DNA of 64,000 bases, from positions 6,228,407 to 6,292,406 of the forward strand of contig MU058584.1 in the NCBI GenBank assembly GCA_013265495.1, written 5' to 3'. This DNA comes from Vicugna vicugna (Eukaryota). Under the pieces are notes generated by a model. It searched no databases and was not told the DNA's origin. It saw only the letters and a program-made list of their open reading frames with translations. A program made the position numbers and the translations under genes. The first letter of the stretch is position 1; each line of letters opens with the position of its first letter. Shown piece after piece: positions 24,795 to 38,110 of this stretch.

Positions 24795-25240
24795 ACATTC
24801 AAATGAGAACATTCCTGCCTCAAAGCTTCGGAGCTAGTGGGATCATCCGGAGCATTCTTCTTCCAGATACCCACATGGACAACTCACTCCCTTCCCTGGT
24901 GCCTTTGCACAAGTCATATCCTTTTGATCAGGCCTGCCCTGACCACCTTTTTAAAATTATAAGTTGCCTCAAACCCAACTCCACCTTTGTGATCTCTCTG
25001 ATTCTGTCCTATTTTTTTTATCAATTTAATCTACTTATCGATTCAGTAGAACTTACCACCTTCTAGTGTACTACATAACTTGCTCAATGATTATGTTTAT
25101 TATTTTCATGTTTTTATCTACTATAGTGTCAGCTACAGGAGGGTAGTGATTTCTTTTTAATCTGTTCACAAAGCACTTAGACTAGGTGATGGCAAATAGT
25201 AGTTATTCAGTAAATACACGAATAAATAAATGGATGACTT
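24795..25240 (+). mobile_element. L2 3' end
   Basis: cattcctgcctc...ctcactcccttc...ggcctgccctgaccacc...aagcacttagact...tagtagttattcagtaaatacacgaataaataaatggatg. Confidence 0.75.
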
Positions 25241-25350
25241 GAGAAAAAGTACCTCTAGAGGAGGAAATCCTTTCAGCTATTCTCACATCATCAGGAGGAC
25301 ATTATCTTTCTCTGATCTGTGTCACTAATTTGGATCAGTAAAGACACTCA

Positions 25351-25577
25351 CAGATACTAACTACTATATATAAAATAGATAAACAACAAGTTCATACTGT
25401 ATAACACAGGGAACTATATTCAATATCTTGAAGTAACTTATGGTGAAAAAGAATATGACAGTGAATATGTATGCTCATGTATGACTGAAGCATAGTGCTG
25501 TATACCAGAAATTGACACAACATTGTAAACTGAATACACTTCAATAAAAAAAAACATATCTATATATACAAAAAAAT
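25351..25577 (+). mobile_element. 5'-truncated L1 3' UTR insertion
   Basis: tatataaaatagataaacaacaagttcatactgtataacacagggaactatattcaatatc...gaaattgacacaacattgtaaactgaatacacttcaataaaaaaa. Degenerate TSD taaagacactca / taagaacactca. Confidence 0.9.
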
Positions 25578-26099
25578 AAGAACACTCATGGGCTCTTTAA
25601 GAGCTGGGACCACCTTGACCACCTTGAAGGCAGAACTTTCAAGGAAAGGTTTGAATAACTTCCCCTTGATAGGCTACATGTGCCTGAAGTCTCTGGTCAG
25701 AGTAACCCTTACTGGAAAGGACCCCAGTCCTAAAATATGCCCCACATTGTCTGGCATTTTCCTCTACTCACATCTTCTACTTACATCTTCCTCCATCCAT
25801 CCTGAGACCCTGCAAATGACTTAACCATGAAAGCCATTGGTCATCTTGATCCTGCCTATTTGTTCACACCTGACCTTGAAGTCCCGCAGGTGTCATTCCC
25901 CAACTCAGTTCCAGTTGATGTGAGCCTCCCATCCAAGTCTTTGATGACACATTTGACCACACTGTCTTCACCAGGCAGCAGTATTTGTCACATTTAGTAG
26001 TATCATGGCATTCTAGCCATAACCTCCATTTTGAAGATGTGTGTAAGTTTTAGACCGGTCCAAATTTATCTCCCAACCCCAGTCTTCTTCGTCTAACTT

Positions 26100-26720
26100 A
26101 CTCTTTGTAAGCTTCTGAAAATACAGCTCTACTTTCATAAGCCCTTGAGTAGCTCCCAAAGACAGATGAAAAAATTCCAAATCCCTTCACTTGCTCTTTA
26201 GGGCTGCCTATAATCTAGCCACAGTCCACCTTACCAGCCCTATTATTCACTATGTCCCTATGCACACCTTAAACCTTAGGCCAAATGGGACACTTGATAC
26301 TCATTGAACAGATCTAGCACATTTCCTGCTTTCATGCCTTTCTCATGTTGTTAATTTCACTTGGAGTGCCCTCTTGAATTCCTTCTGTCTCAGGCCGGGC
26401 TTAAGTATCATCTCCTTTATAAAATTACCCAAAAGCGTCCTTCAGTGAAGGGATATTTCCTTTCGCTAACCGCCCCCCACCCAGAGCACTTTATCTGAAT
26501 TTCCCTTCTGGCCGTGATCACCTCTGCTTTCAGTTCTATTTATATGTGTAGTTGTCCTTTTTTCTCTCTGTCAGCTCCTCTTCCAACACTGCCCCTAGAG
26601 TGAGTTCTCCCTCATCAGGCTGGATTTTATTCATCTCGGTGTCTTCCACAGTTCTTAGCTCCATGCCTGGCACCTCAGAGGCACACAGTTATGAATCTGT
26701 TGAATAGATGTGGAATAAGT
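26100..26720 (+). mobile_element. L2 3' region
   Basis: aaattccaaatcccttc...ttcatgcctttctcatgttg...tgcctggcacctcagaggcacacagttatgaatctgttgaatagatg. Confidence 0.7.
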
Positions 26721-29700
26721 TTCCAATTTTCTCAGACTGCGTAACTCTGAACTGCCTCCTTGCATCCCTTTGCTCTTATGACACTGTGCTCTTCTGCCAT
26801 CTGCTTTATTTCCTTCTCTGGTACTTTTTGGCTTCGACTTCACATTAGATCTCATGCTTTAAGCTATCCAGTGAGGAATGTACATAAATTAGTAAAGTCC
26901 CCAAATCATTTCCTCATGTATACACTCACCAAATTAGTTAATGTAGTTTTTCTAAATGCAGAAATACATATTCTATTTACAGCTCTAATCTTTGCATTGT
27001 GTGTTATGCAGTTTCAAAGTGGGCTCATATTTATTTCTCACACAACTGTGAAGGTCCAACTGGAAATTCTTAAAGGATCGAATGTGTTCTGATTTCTTTT
27101 GGTGATCAGCCATACTAAAAACCAATCATCTTGGATGGTCCATGTTTGGTCATATTTTCAAATATCCTCTCCTGGTGTAAGAACATGTGTACAAATATTT
27201 GACTTCAGATATTATGGTTGGTGGTATAAACAGTTCCTATGCTCAGATCCCTTCTTGTTCTTAGGTACGTGGGGTCCTGAGTGAGAGGAGGAAATGTTTC
27301 ATATCACCAGAAAGAGTGAAATAAAACACTCATTGGCTTTGCTGGCATACATTCACCTTGGTAGCCTTTTCTTTCCACTTGGAGAAAAGTAACTGTCTGA
27401 GAATTGACTAACCAACTAGCATTTATTGAGCATCTACTCTGTTCCAGCCACGTACGAAATTAGAAAGACCTCAAGGGATTAAGACTGATTCATCCTTATT
27501 ATCACTTTCTTTAGTCCAAAAGGACCAAATTTAATCTCCTCATTATAAATTGTATTCTTTGTTATCTACCAGGCACAGTGCTAGGCACTGAGTACATGAA
27601 GATGAGTATGTCTGGTATCCGATTTCAAGGAACTTATAACAAAGGAGGAGAGACAGGCAAAGAAGAAAACTTCAAGCATGTGACAGGCTCTGTGCCAAAG
27701 ATTCCTTCAGGATGTGATGGAAACACCTAGAATGGCCAGCTCAGGTTTCACTTCTTTTTGGAAGTCTTTCCTAGATCTTAAAAAGTGTTAGTAGGAACTC
27801 AATTTGTGTTTATTCAACAAAAGAATGACTATGAAAATTTAACCACGATGCAAAGCCAAGTGTATTAAAATAGCCAGTGAAGGTTAGAGACAGTAAGTAC
27901 TGACAGGGTTTGCAGGGAGATTCCTTTGGGATGGGTGGTTTATGGGGACTAGGACTGACTCCCCAAACCCAGTCCAACAGACAATTCCAAAAATCTATGG
28001 AGATAAAATTCTTGGTCTGTAGTCCTATAAGTACTGAGTTGTGGGTCAGCTTATGATGAATGTTCTGATACCCTTTTCAGAGTTAACACTGGGATAGCTG
28101 CCTAGATGAATTTTGGGGTATGTGACTCTCTGACTCTCTGAACAGAGGTTATATTGGCATCCTGTGCAGCTATGAACCTTCTCTTCCTACTCTTTGTGAG
28201 ATCTTGGGAAATAAACTCTAAATGAGTGTGGCAAGAAAGCCTGTAAAATGATCTGCCTATGCTTATTAAAAGGTAGTGAAGTCTCTCTAACCCAAAGATG
28301 AGTTCTTTGCATCTGGGAAAGAGAGAGTTGGAATCTATTCTGCATCATCTATCATAAACTTCTAGCTGCGGTCCAACAGTTGAATATTTATTACAAGCAA
28401 CGATTGAAGAGGCAAGAAGAGCCCAGTTTGACTTTCCAGATCTAAGTCTGCGTTTTGAGCCACCACTTAGAAAAATGCTCTGACTTAAGTAGTGAGCCAA
28501 CTTGATTTGGAACTGTCACCACCAAGAGAGAAAATGTCTGGAATACTTGCAGTGTCATTTCTGGGTAGTGTGTATTTTATGACTTCTCATGCATTACTAA
28601 AGAGAGACAAGTGAATATCATGTAGGATGGGGGACTACATGAAACCATGAGTGCTGTCGTAGCAAGCAAAAACAAGACCACCAGGCAGAACCAAAGACCA
28701 CCCAACAACAAAACATGAGTTCCCGTTAGCAACATCATTGAAACTATATGTTCTTGACACTTGCATTTCAGAACGTTGCGCCACCAAGCACGCTGTAGGC
28801 TAATTATTGCTTTGTGATGATATTTAGCGACTCTCACAATGTGGACCACCAATTCTGGTGTGGGTTTCTTCTTTTTATTAGCACCATCTGAGAATGTCTG
28901 TGGTAAAGCCTTTGGTGAATTTCGTCTGTCCTGCGGGCAAAGGAATGAAAGGAAGAACAATTTAGTTTGTTAATATGGAAGAGTTCAGCAACAAAAAGCC
29001 CATGACACATGTCTGAAAGAGGCTCCATTGAGGGCTTTTTTCCGTTTTTTTTTTTTTCCCAAACAAATCATACCAGAATGTTTTACTACTGCTTCTTAAA
29101 GTACACACTGTATGCAAATCGCCTTGTACTCATTTCAGAGCTGCGGTGGGATCCTTCATCCAGCAAACCTTTCTAGTCACTATTTCTATCTCAGACAGAC
29201 CCAGCTGTCTCCTAGTTAAAAAACAAACAACAAACAAACAAAACCTAAAACAAAATAAAACACCTTTTTCCCTCCTAGAAGAAGTCGATATGATTGCTCA
29301 AGATAAGTTCTTTATCTTTTATTTTATTTTAGTTTTCTGTAAAGGAAAAACCAGTCCAGTTCTCTTCTTTTCTCCCCTTCTTCTCAGACTTTTTTTTTTT
29401 TTTGCCTTTTTTTTCACTCTATTCCACCTCTGATACTAAGTGTCTTGGTCAAATTTTAAAATCTGAATTCATCAGTACTAATTCTTATTTAACTTACTTA
29501 TTTCCTGGTGGCAAATGTTTGATTAGTTTTTTGTTGTTGATATTTTCTTCTCTTGTTTTCTAGTTTGCTCAGTTAACATTTTGTTGAAGTTTATTTACAG
29601 ATTTCCCAAGATGTTTACAACCCATTACTCAATCCTTACCTCTCTCACCTTTACAATTCCAACGCCTTTTATATTCAACTTCTTTTCAAGGAAGTTTCCT

Positions 29701-31739
29701 TTTTTTTTTTTTTTGAGAGTTTTGGATTCAAAGAGAATGAATAACTAATCCTTAAATCAGTAACTCAACAGCTTTGTGTTCTTATTGGAACTAATTGAGA
29801 GTCCAGATTTTGTTGTGGAATTGATTTATCATGGTATTTGTTGTCATTGTTCATAAAATCGACCTATAATGGAAGCACCAAAGAAGTACCTTTACAAGAG
29901 TATAGAGAAAGGTTAAAATTTATATCTAATGAGTAAATCTCTTGATTCGAAACCTTTGACAAAAATAAATCAAAATTGAGTTATCTGTCACTGAAGCCAG
30001 TCTCTAAGGTAGTGTCAGTAGAAGTGAGGCCCTTTAACCATTCCAGCCTATTGCTTGAAGAGGAAACACTACTGTGTTACAGGCAAGATTCTGATCCAAT
30101 TAGCCTTCATTCAGAGGTGATGCATCTCCTAAACCTTTCCAATTCAGCAAGAGCTAAGTACGTAGGCATCTTACACAGTGAACAACTATAAATATTTGAT
30201 GAACAAATGGCAGGAGCTACACGTAACTAGAAAACTCCGTAGGGGGGAAAAAGGCAAAATTGTAAAAGTGCTTGATCTGGAAGAAAATAGCCATGAAGTT
30301 CATGGATTTTACAGATGAAGTCCCTGTTTCACTTCTACATATGCATAATTTGTTTTTGGACCCACTCTACATGCCACGATTTCCAGGAACTAATCCCAAA
30401 TTGAATTCCATCCTGGAATGCTGAGGTTTCCAAATACTAAATTATTTACCAGTATGGAACAATCCAAAGTTCTCCTCAATTTACCCAAGCCTTTTCTGAC
30501 CATCCTTTCCTTGGTATCCTGATCAGAAATTCTGAGTTTCTCATGCTGGTATATAAACCCTCTGGCTTTACTTGTGTGAGTTTATCTTCTTTCTCACTCA
30601 AGAGATTCCTCTGCTTTCCCATGCTCTGCATCATTCTTTCATCCGCAGGGGCTGATCTGTCCATTTCCTGTGGGGTAGACGCTTGGCCCAAATGTGTGTA
30701 ATTATGGAAGTTTCCCCTGGGGTGTGGGATGGTGGGAGGAGGTAATTCTTGGTGCCTGGTGTACACGGTTTGTGTCTCAAGAGAAGAACCATAGAAAACA
30801 ATTAACCGAGCATTTGTCAAAAATGCTGGCACGTGCACACGTCTTTTTGCTCCCCAAAGATTTGCCTCTGCTTTGCTAACCTCAGGACACTGGCCAGCCA
30901 CATGGAAAGACAGCCAAGCATATCCAGCTCATGTAGCCAGAGGCTGTTCCACTTGACTATCTGGAAATCATTCTTCCACTCACTTGGGAGGTTCTGGGGC
31001 CTCTTTATTTCCTCAGAAACAAGGCCCACCCAAATGATTTCAAGAGCACGTTGCAGCAGAGTTTCCAAAGGCGGACAAGCTGTGAAAGTTGGAAATCTGC
31101 AGCTCCTCTCCTTCCCCGTTGAGCACAGCTACATTCTTTTCCCAACCACATAGGCTTACGGCCTCCCAAGACCTTTCCTGTGAAAGGCAACAGAACCCAG
31201 TGTCACGTTAAGATGAATGATTAGGTAAATCTGTAGCTACCGAGTATGAGGTTCCCAGTCGAGCATCAGCACTGACCACAGATGGTGAGGGTTTGCCTCT
31301 CTCCATCTGTTGTCGGGAACAATGAAGAGAAGCTGGGACTCTGGGTTGCCTCTCAAGTTCTCAGCTCCATTTCTCAGGCAGTGGTGCACGGGGTGGAGGA
31401 TGAGGCTTCCTTCCAGTTTCTCTTTCATTGGTGAGCTGGTCACATTGTGAAGGGAGGCAAAAGGGAAGTTCTCTAAATGTTGAGGTTCTACCCAGGTCAG
31501 TGCCTGAGCAGAAGATCTCCTTCTCCTGCTCCAAGATGCCTGCAAAGCCGAAGACACCAACGTGAAAATAAATTCCACCTTTCGCTTTGACTTTCTCTTC
31601 TTATCTCAGATAAAAATGGCCTTTTTTTTTTCTATCAAGGAAATATAATAAACCCGTAAAAGCCTGACTCCTAAAAAATCGAAACTCAGTGGAAATAAAC
31701 TCCTGCCTGACTGTTCTTTTTTTTTTCCCCCTTTCATCA

Positions 31740-32345
31740 CTTCATTTCCATTCTCTAAACTGGAAGCAATAGTTCTGTAATGGTCCTTCTAGTTTATGTA
31801 TCTAACCACATCACTGTCTTGCTTTAAAACCTCCAGTGGCTTGCCACCATGTGTAGAATAAGGTTAATGGTCCCTAGCGTGATCTCACACACCTGAACGC
31901 AAGCCTTGCCGAATCATTCCGGCCCCCCCACATCATCAGGTCTTTTTTGAGTTCTGTCCCTGGGCACAGGCTGCTCTCTTTGCTTGGAACGCCTTCGCTT
32001 CACTGGTCTGCTTCCAAAGCCACTTCTTCCAAATGCAGCTCGGAAGTCACCCCATTCGCAAGCCCTCGCCAGCCATCCCCCCGCCTCCCCCACTGGCAGA
32101 GCTGCGGCTTGCGATTCGCGTCACGGGGTTGCGTGTGGACTTCTTTTACAACGCACCGCACCGCCGTGTTGGGGTATTGTTGTTGTGGCTCATGTTGAGC
32201 ACTTGCATGTCTTCTTCCCCTGCAGAATGTGATTTCCTTTGGAGCAGGGTCTTGTACTATTGTCGTATTAACCCCAGGAGTTCCAAATGCCGCCGTAAGA
32301 CGCTTATTACTATTAATGAGAATGAGTGGGTAAAAATGTAAAAGA
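31740..32345 (+). mobile_element. L2 3' region, unusually CpG-rich
   Basis: accacatcactgtcttgctttaaaacctccagtggcttgcc at the start and an L2-like terminus (agaatgtgatttcctttggagcagggtcttgt...aatgagaatgagtg). Confidence 0.6.
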
Positions 32346-32980
32346 TAAGCAAACGAAGCATATAGGTGTACACGTGTGGATATGTACAAATTCCATGAAT
32401 AATCAATAGAATCCGTTTCCTAAATTCACACATCTTAAAAAATGCTTTCTCTTCCTCTTTTACATCCTGTAGAAGAAGTACAGTCCCTCTTCTCTTCCTC
32501 TTATTCTCGTTCTTATTTCTTGATTTTAGCTTTTTGGAGAAGAAGATGTTTGGCACTGCCGCCCTCTCGTCACCATGGCTACCATGGCTGTGTTCTTCTG
32601 TCAGCGACTCAAGGACCTCGACTCCCCATGAGCAGCCCTCTCTCACGGCTGCAGCTCTCAGTGGGGTCCGGGGCTCCCTCTCCTTGACCCTCAGGTCGAC
32701 AGGAGATACTGCTTCCCACTGTGGCCAGTTCCTGGGTTATTCTCCCAGCCTCCATCCCTATACATAGTCCCGTCATTAAATGCTTTTCTCCCTTGGAGTG
32801 TATCCTCTGTTTTCTGCTTGGACCCTGGCTGGTACTGTTCTCAATTTAATGACTTACTGTTCATTAATTTCTTAATTTATAAACTCAGGATAGTCATTTC
32901 TTCCTCTTAGTTACATCACACTGATAACCGTGGGTGTCAGGAGCCAAAAGCTTAGTGACTCCTGAGAAACAGTCCCCATT

Positions 32981-33149
32981 TTTTTTAAACATTCTTTTTG
33001 TTGAGTTATACTCATTTTACAATGTTGTGTCAAGTTCCAGTGTAAAGCACACTTTTTCAGTTATACGTGAACATACATATATTCATTGTCACGTTTATTT
33101 TTTGTGAGCTACCACAAGATCTTGTATCTATTTCCCTCTGCTATACAGT
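32981..33149 (-). mobile_element. 5'-truncated L1 3' UTR insertion with TSD
   Basis: Same tail family as 9651-10146 (cattttacaatgttgtgtcaagttccagtgtaaagcac...ctaccacaagatcttgtat). TSD agaaacagtccccatt (32965-32980) / agaagcagtcctcatt (33150-33165). Confidence 0.9.
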
Positions 33150-34094
33150 AGAAGCAGTCCTCATTGAAGCTGAAGTTTGTATCTCCAACTTCCGTTTCCT
33201 GTCCTATGTCTGTTCCCCATTCAATCAACAAACATTCAGTGAGCACTACTTGCTCTTTATTCCTTGATTTTTGATCTTATCTTTCTCCTTTCTGTGGGAA
33301 AATTCTTAGACCATAAATCGGAGAACTCTGATTATGGGCTACGTAATTTTTTGGCAGGTCTCTGAGCCCTCGTTTCCCTATTTATGAAATGGGAGGAATA
33401 AACACCTCCCTAAAAGGACTTACAGAGCCGCTAAGTCAAATAAAGCAACTTCATGAGTAACTTATAATAATCACATTTACTACTTGTATTGCATCTCCTG
33501 CTTTCATGGCCTTTGACTGTCAATGTCTTTCCCCCACAGTGCTTCTTTCTTAACAGCTTTGTTTCTTCCTGCTCTTTAACTTTCCCTTTCTTACTACAAT
33601 ATTCTTTTCATGCTCCTCTTTCACAAGTGGCACCTTCTTCACTGGTCTCTTCAAAATCAGTTTTGAAAGGCAGTCAGTCTACACCTCAGCTCCTTTGAGA
33701 CTGTCCCATTCTTTTTTCTCAGCTGCTCTGTCCGCTTCTGTACCAACATCGTAAAGAATGTTTTTCCCTTTGGGAAAAGACGCAAAAGTTTAGAGGGAGG
33801 GGAAATTAAAACATGCGCCTGGAATCAAACAGACGTATAATTCTCCTTTCAGAGAGCTGTGATTTTTGAGAATACGAACCAACAAAAAAGTTTCCAGGGT
33901 TCAGTTGATCGGGAACTGAAAATTCTCTTCTCCCCATGCTGCTGCTAAAATGAACGGTCTGACAACATGACTAACATTTTATCCCTTTCCTGTTTCCAGT
34001 TGTTCTCAGTTCTTCTTAATTTTTAGTTGCTCAATATTTTATTTGTTCAACCTTGAGCACCTACTTTGTACCAGACATTTGTATGTTACTGTGT

Positions 34095-34452
34095 ATATTT
34101 CTTTTCTCAAAGTGCAGTTCACCTGCAACATTGTATAAGTTACAAGTGCACAACATAATGATTCCCAATTCTTAAAGGTTATACTCCACTTATAGTTATT
34201 ATAGAATATTGCATATATTCCCTGTGTTATACAACATATCTTTGTACCCCATGTTGCCCCTCCCACCACTGCTAACCACTAGTTTGTTCTCTGTGTCTGT
34301 GAGTCTGTTTCTGTTTTGTTATATGTATTTGTTGTATTTTTCAGATTCCACACATAAGTGATATCATACAGTATTTGTCTTTCTCTGCCTGACTTACTTC
34401 ACTTAGCATAATACCCTCCAAGTCCATCCATGTTGTTGCAAGTGGCAAAAAG
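34095..34452 (-). mobile_element. L1 3' end (same family as 18495-19388) inserted in an antisense L2
   Basis: ORF 34341-34583(-) ends LATTWMDLEGIMLSEVSQAEKDKYCMISLMCGI, followed by 3' UTR. The word tactgtgt on both flanks is a possible TSD core. Confidence 0.88.
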
Positions 34453-35526
34453 TACTGTGTTTTCATGAAAGGCATGGTCCTCACTCCCAGGGAGCAAACA
34501 GTCCAGTGAGGATAAAGAGGAGCATGCTGGTAATTACAAGACAGGTTAGGGAGACACATGGCTGATACAGTCACAATATCCAAGGCAGTGCCTTGGATAT
34601 AGTATATAGTATAGCACAGGTGCCCAGTAAATATTTGTTGAATTTATGAACAAATTTTGAAATTAAAATTGAATAGGGGTTAAAGGAAATGGAATGGGGT
34701 GTTGGAACAGGCAAAGGAAGCAGCACATGCAGTGACCCAGTGACAACAGAAAGCATAATAATTATGGGGAACAGCAGATTTCTTTTGGCAAAGTGAGGAA
34801 TGGGTGTAATGAGGACTCAACACTCCCCTAGATTAAGTGCTTTACATATATTATCTTAAAACCTCACAACAACTCCATGAAAAAAGTATTATTCAGCCCC
34901 TTTTATTCATTTCAACCTCATTGAACCTAACTACAGGTAGGGGTGGTATTTGAGAACTATAATAGACTTGACCCTGGCCATATATTCCTCTGATAACAGA
35001 CAAGATGACCGGAGTCCTGAACTTGAGTTCAGCCACCTATGGAAAGAAGAGTTCAGCTTCAGAATTGTTTCTTTCAGCTGCTCTCAGGTTCTCATTCTTT
35101 GGGAATAAACTTGAGAGGAACTAAGGTAATAAATGACCTGGAGTTTTCAACTGTGGTGCAATGTTTCATTAAGAAATTGGATGCCAAACTTCAGTAAATT
35201 GTGGAATAAGTAAACCAGTAGAAGTCTAACTGGAGCATAATTCTACTCAGAACAAAGAACCCTGGGAAAACACTATGTTCTCCAGCTAATCCGTCAAAAG
35301 ATATGTGTTTTGGAGTGGGCTGGAACAGATGATCAGGAGAAGTTAGGACTATTTTAAATTCTAAGAACTTTCAAATTAGTGGTTGGAAATTTACACTGGA
35401 GGTTATCATTAAGAAGTTTCAAGAGTCCTAGACGTTTTGTATTGGAAAGGATCTAATAGATCTTGCATTCTAACTTCCTCGATTTATAGTTGTGGAAACT
35501 GAGGTCAAAGAAGTTCAATGTCTCAT

Positions 35527-35582
35527 TGTGCTGTACACCAGAAATTGACACATTGTAACTGACTGTACTTCAAAAAAAAAAA
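35527..35582 (+). mobile_element. Extremely truncated (~56 bp) L1 tail with perfect 16-bp TSD, inside a MIR
   Basis: tgtgctgtacaccagaaattgacacattgtaactgactgtacttc + poly-A. TSD aagttcaatgtctcat at 35511-35526 and 35583-35598. Confidence 0.93.
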
Positions 35583-37109
35583 AAGTTCAATGTCTCATAG
35601 CTGTGCATAGAGGTCAGTGTTCTCTCCACCAGACCACATTATCTCCTGATAAATTTTAGGTATTACTTTTCTGCTATGAAACACTCTTTCTAATTAACTA
35701 ATTGGATGCACAGAATTGTATCACTCTTCTTTAATGGCCTACATGCCAGTCACTCATTGTCTATTAAAAAAATTATTCATTCATAGCTCCTTTAAGGATG
35801 TGGAAAATCTCTGTGGAGGATGAAGTAAACTCAGTCAGCACAGTTTTCTCCCATCTTGGCATTATTGCCAATTCTGCTATTTTTATTTAATACTCCATAC
35901 AATTCTTTCATTGAAGGAGCTTGAAATGCTTTGCACATATATATGCCTTAATTATCTTGCCACATGTAGCAAAATCATAATAAAATATTAGTTTAGGAAA
36001 CCAAGGGTCAGATAGGTTGAGTTACTGGCTTACCTTCAGGTTGTACAGGAATTACAACCAGAATCCAGTTCTAAAAACTTTTAATTGACCTCAAAAGTCA
36101 CAGTTCCCTACAGCCTCTGCTTGGAGGGGCTGCATGCAATGAAAAGGCAGATTATAAGGGTCTCAAAGAGTGCCTGGAGAATTTCCTGAAAAGCCTTGCA
36201 GTAGTACCTCTCCAATCAAAGAGTGAGCTTTTATAAGAGAACTTCATAAAACAACTGGCATGGTGCTTGATTTAGGGTTTTTCCCCATCATCATTGACAG
36301 TGAAGCCTTAATTGGAAGAACAAGCTAACACCTGGGCTGGTGGATACTAACATGGAGGCATCTGGTATGGTATCTTGCAGAGAAGAGATTAGTGATGGAA
36401 AGAAGGAAAAGGAAGGAGGGAGAGTGGAAATATGGGAAGGGCTTTTCAAAACAGCTTTTAAAACAGAAAAGAATGGACCCCAAATTCAATTTGCTTAGTG
36501 TCTGAAAGATCATACAGATACACTTGGGCCTCTTAAAAAAATGTTCTATTTGCAGAATTTGTGACTTATGTTTGGAGTAGTTTTGAACTTAATTTCAATG
36601 AATATTTGAAAAACTTATTTTTGTTGAAGTTTCTTCTCACATATTTACATAATTGAAATAACTTGGTCTTTTGATCAAAACCACTGTGTAAAAATTATTT
36701 TATATGTAGCTACATAGACCCAAGTGTTGGCACTATATTAATAAAGCACATGGACCTATGGAAAGGAGACCCCTCTTAAAAGTGAAATCTCAGTTGGCAA
36801 ATCCCATTTGTCATGAAAATCATTAAGATTAATTATAACATGCGCTATAAAACCTTCGGTAAAAGTTCTCTGTAATTGTAAAATTCATAACACATAATCT
36901 CTGAGGAACCAGAGTTTTGTTAAGACATTTTGTTATATTTTTAATTTAAAAAACTTGTGTTGGAAACAGCAATAAGTGATGGATCTTTCTGTGTTGTGCG
37001 GGAAAGGGTTAATAATACGGTAGGATATACTTTCAGAGTCAGTTTCTAGTGCACACCTCTAATCCAATATTCAGAGCACTACCAATTGATTTCTAAAGAG
37101 GTACAATTT

Positions 37110-37228
37110 TTTAAAAAAAATATTTCTATTAAAGTGTAGTCAATTTACAATGTTGTGTTGGTGTCTGGTGTACAGCACAATTCTTCAGTCATATAGGAAC
37201 ATACATATATTTGTTTTCAAATTCTTCA
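37110..37228 (-). mobile_element. Short L1 3' tail
   Basis: tattaaagtgtagtcaatttacaatgttgtgttggtgtctggtgtacagcacaattcttcagtcatataggaacatac is the reverse complement of the tail seen at 25351-25577. Confidence 0.85.
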
Positions 37229-37869
37229 ATTTCTTAAGGAAATAAACACACAAACTTCTTTGGCCAACTCTATTCAAGGACCTCCACTGACTGCCGCTTC
37301 TACCTTCGTGGTTTCCTCTCTCCCAGGAACACCTGGCATAAGCCTTAGATTTGGACATCCCTCTCCTGTGTCTCAAGTACTGCGTCAGCATCTTCTCTCT
37401 GTCATTTCATGTGCCTTGAGTCCTCCCCATCCTGCGCTTCACCTGCCTGCCACCCACACGCACACCAATACCCGCCATTAAAACAATTTCACTTGTAATT
37501 CAAGTTCTGGCCAAATGTGCCACCTCCTCCATAAAGAGCGCCCCATCCCACTTACTAGACTAGTGACTGGTCACTTCTTTTTCTGAAATCCCAAAGGACT
37601 TTATAATCAGTGCCCCTACCAGAGGGGAAAATTTTGTATCATGTAAAATAGTTCTTTGTGCACACTTTTCTTATCTCTTTCACCGGAAAATAAATTCTTG
37701 ACAGCAGAGAGCTGGACTCGGTGGTGCCTGAATTGCCCACAGTGCTTAGCACAATGCCCAGTACATGTTAAACCCTTGGCGAATATTTGGAGTATAAAGA
37801 ATCTGAAAAGGCAGCTTATAGGATATCACAAAACCTGATTACTTTTTTTCTGAATAGTGATGATTAAAA

Positions 37870-38110
37870 TCAAAATAATAGTAGCAACTGACATTTATTG
37901 AGGATTTACCATGTGCCAGAAATGTTACAAATATTTCACATGTATGAATTGCCAGGACAATCCTGTGACTTGGTTACTACTATTATTTTCATTTTACTGG
38001 TTGAGGGAACTGAGGAAGAGAGATTAGGGAATTTGCTCAAATTATAAGGAAAGGTGTGTGGAAGGGCCAGGATGAAAATCCAGAGCCCTCTCTCTTAATT
38101 TCTTTACAAA
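37870..38110 (-). mobile_element. MIR SINE
   Basis: acatttattgaggatttaccatgtgccaga...gagggaactgaggaagagagattagggaatttgctcaa. Confidence 0.8.

Noticed and set aside
30884..30965. Possible minus-strand exon (IVKWNSLWLHELDMLGCLSMWLASVL)
   Set aside because: Poor polypyrimidine tract, non-consensus donor (GTTAGC) and unrecognised peptide.
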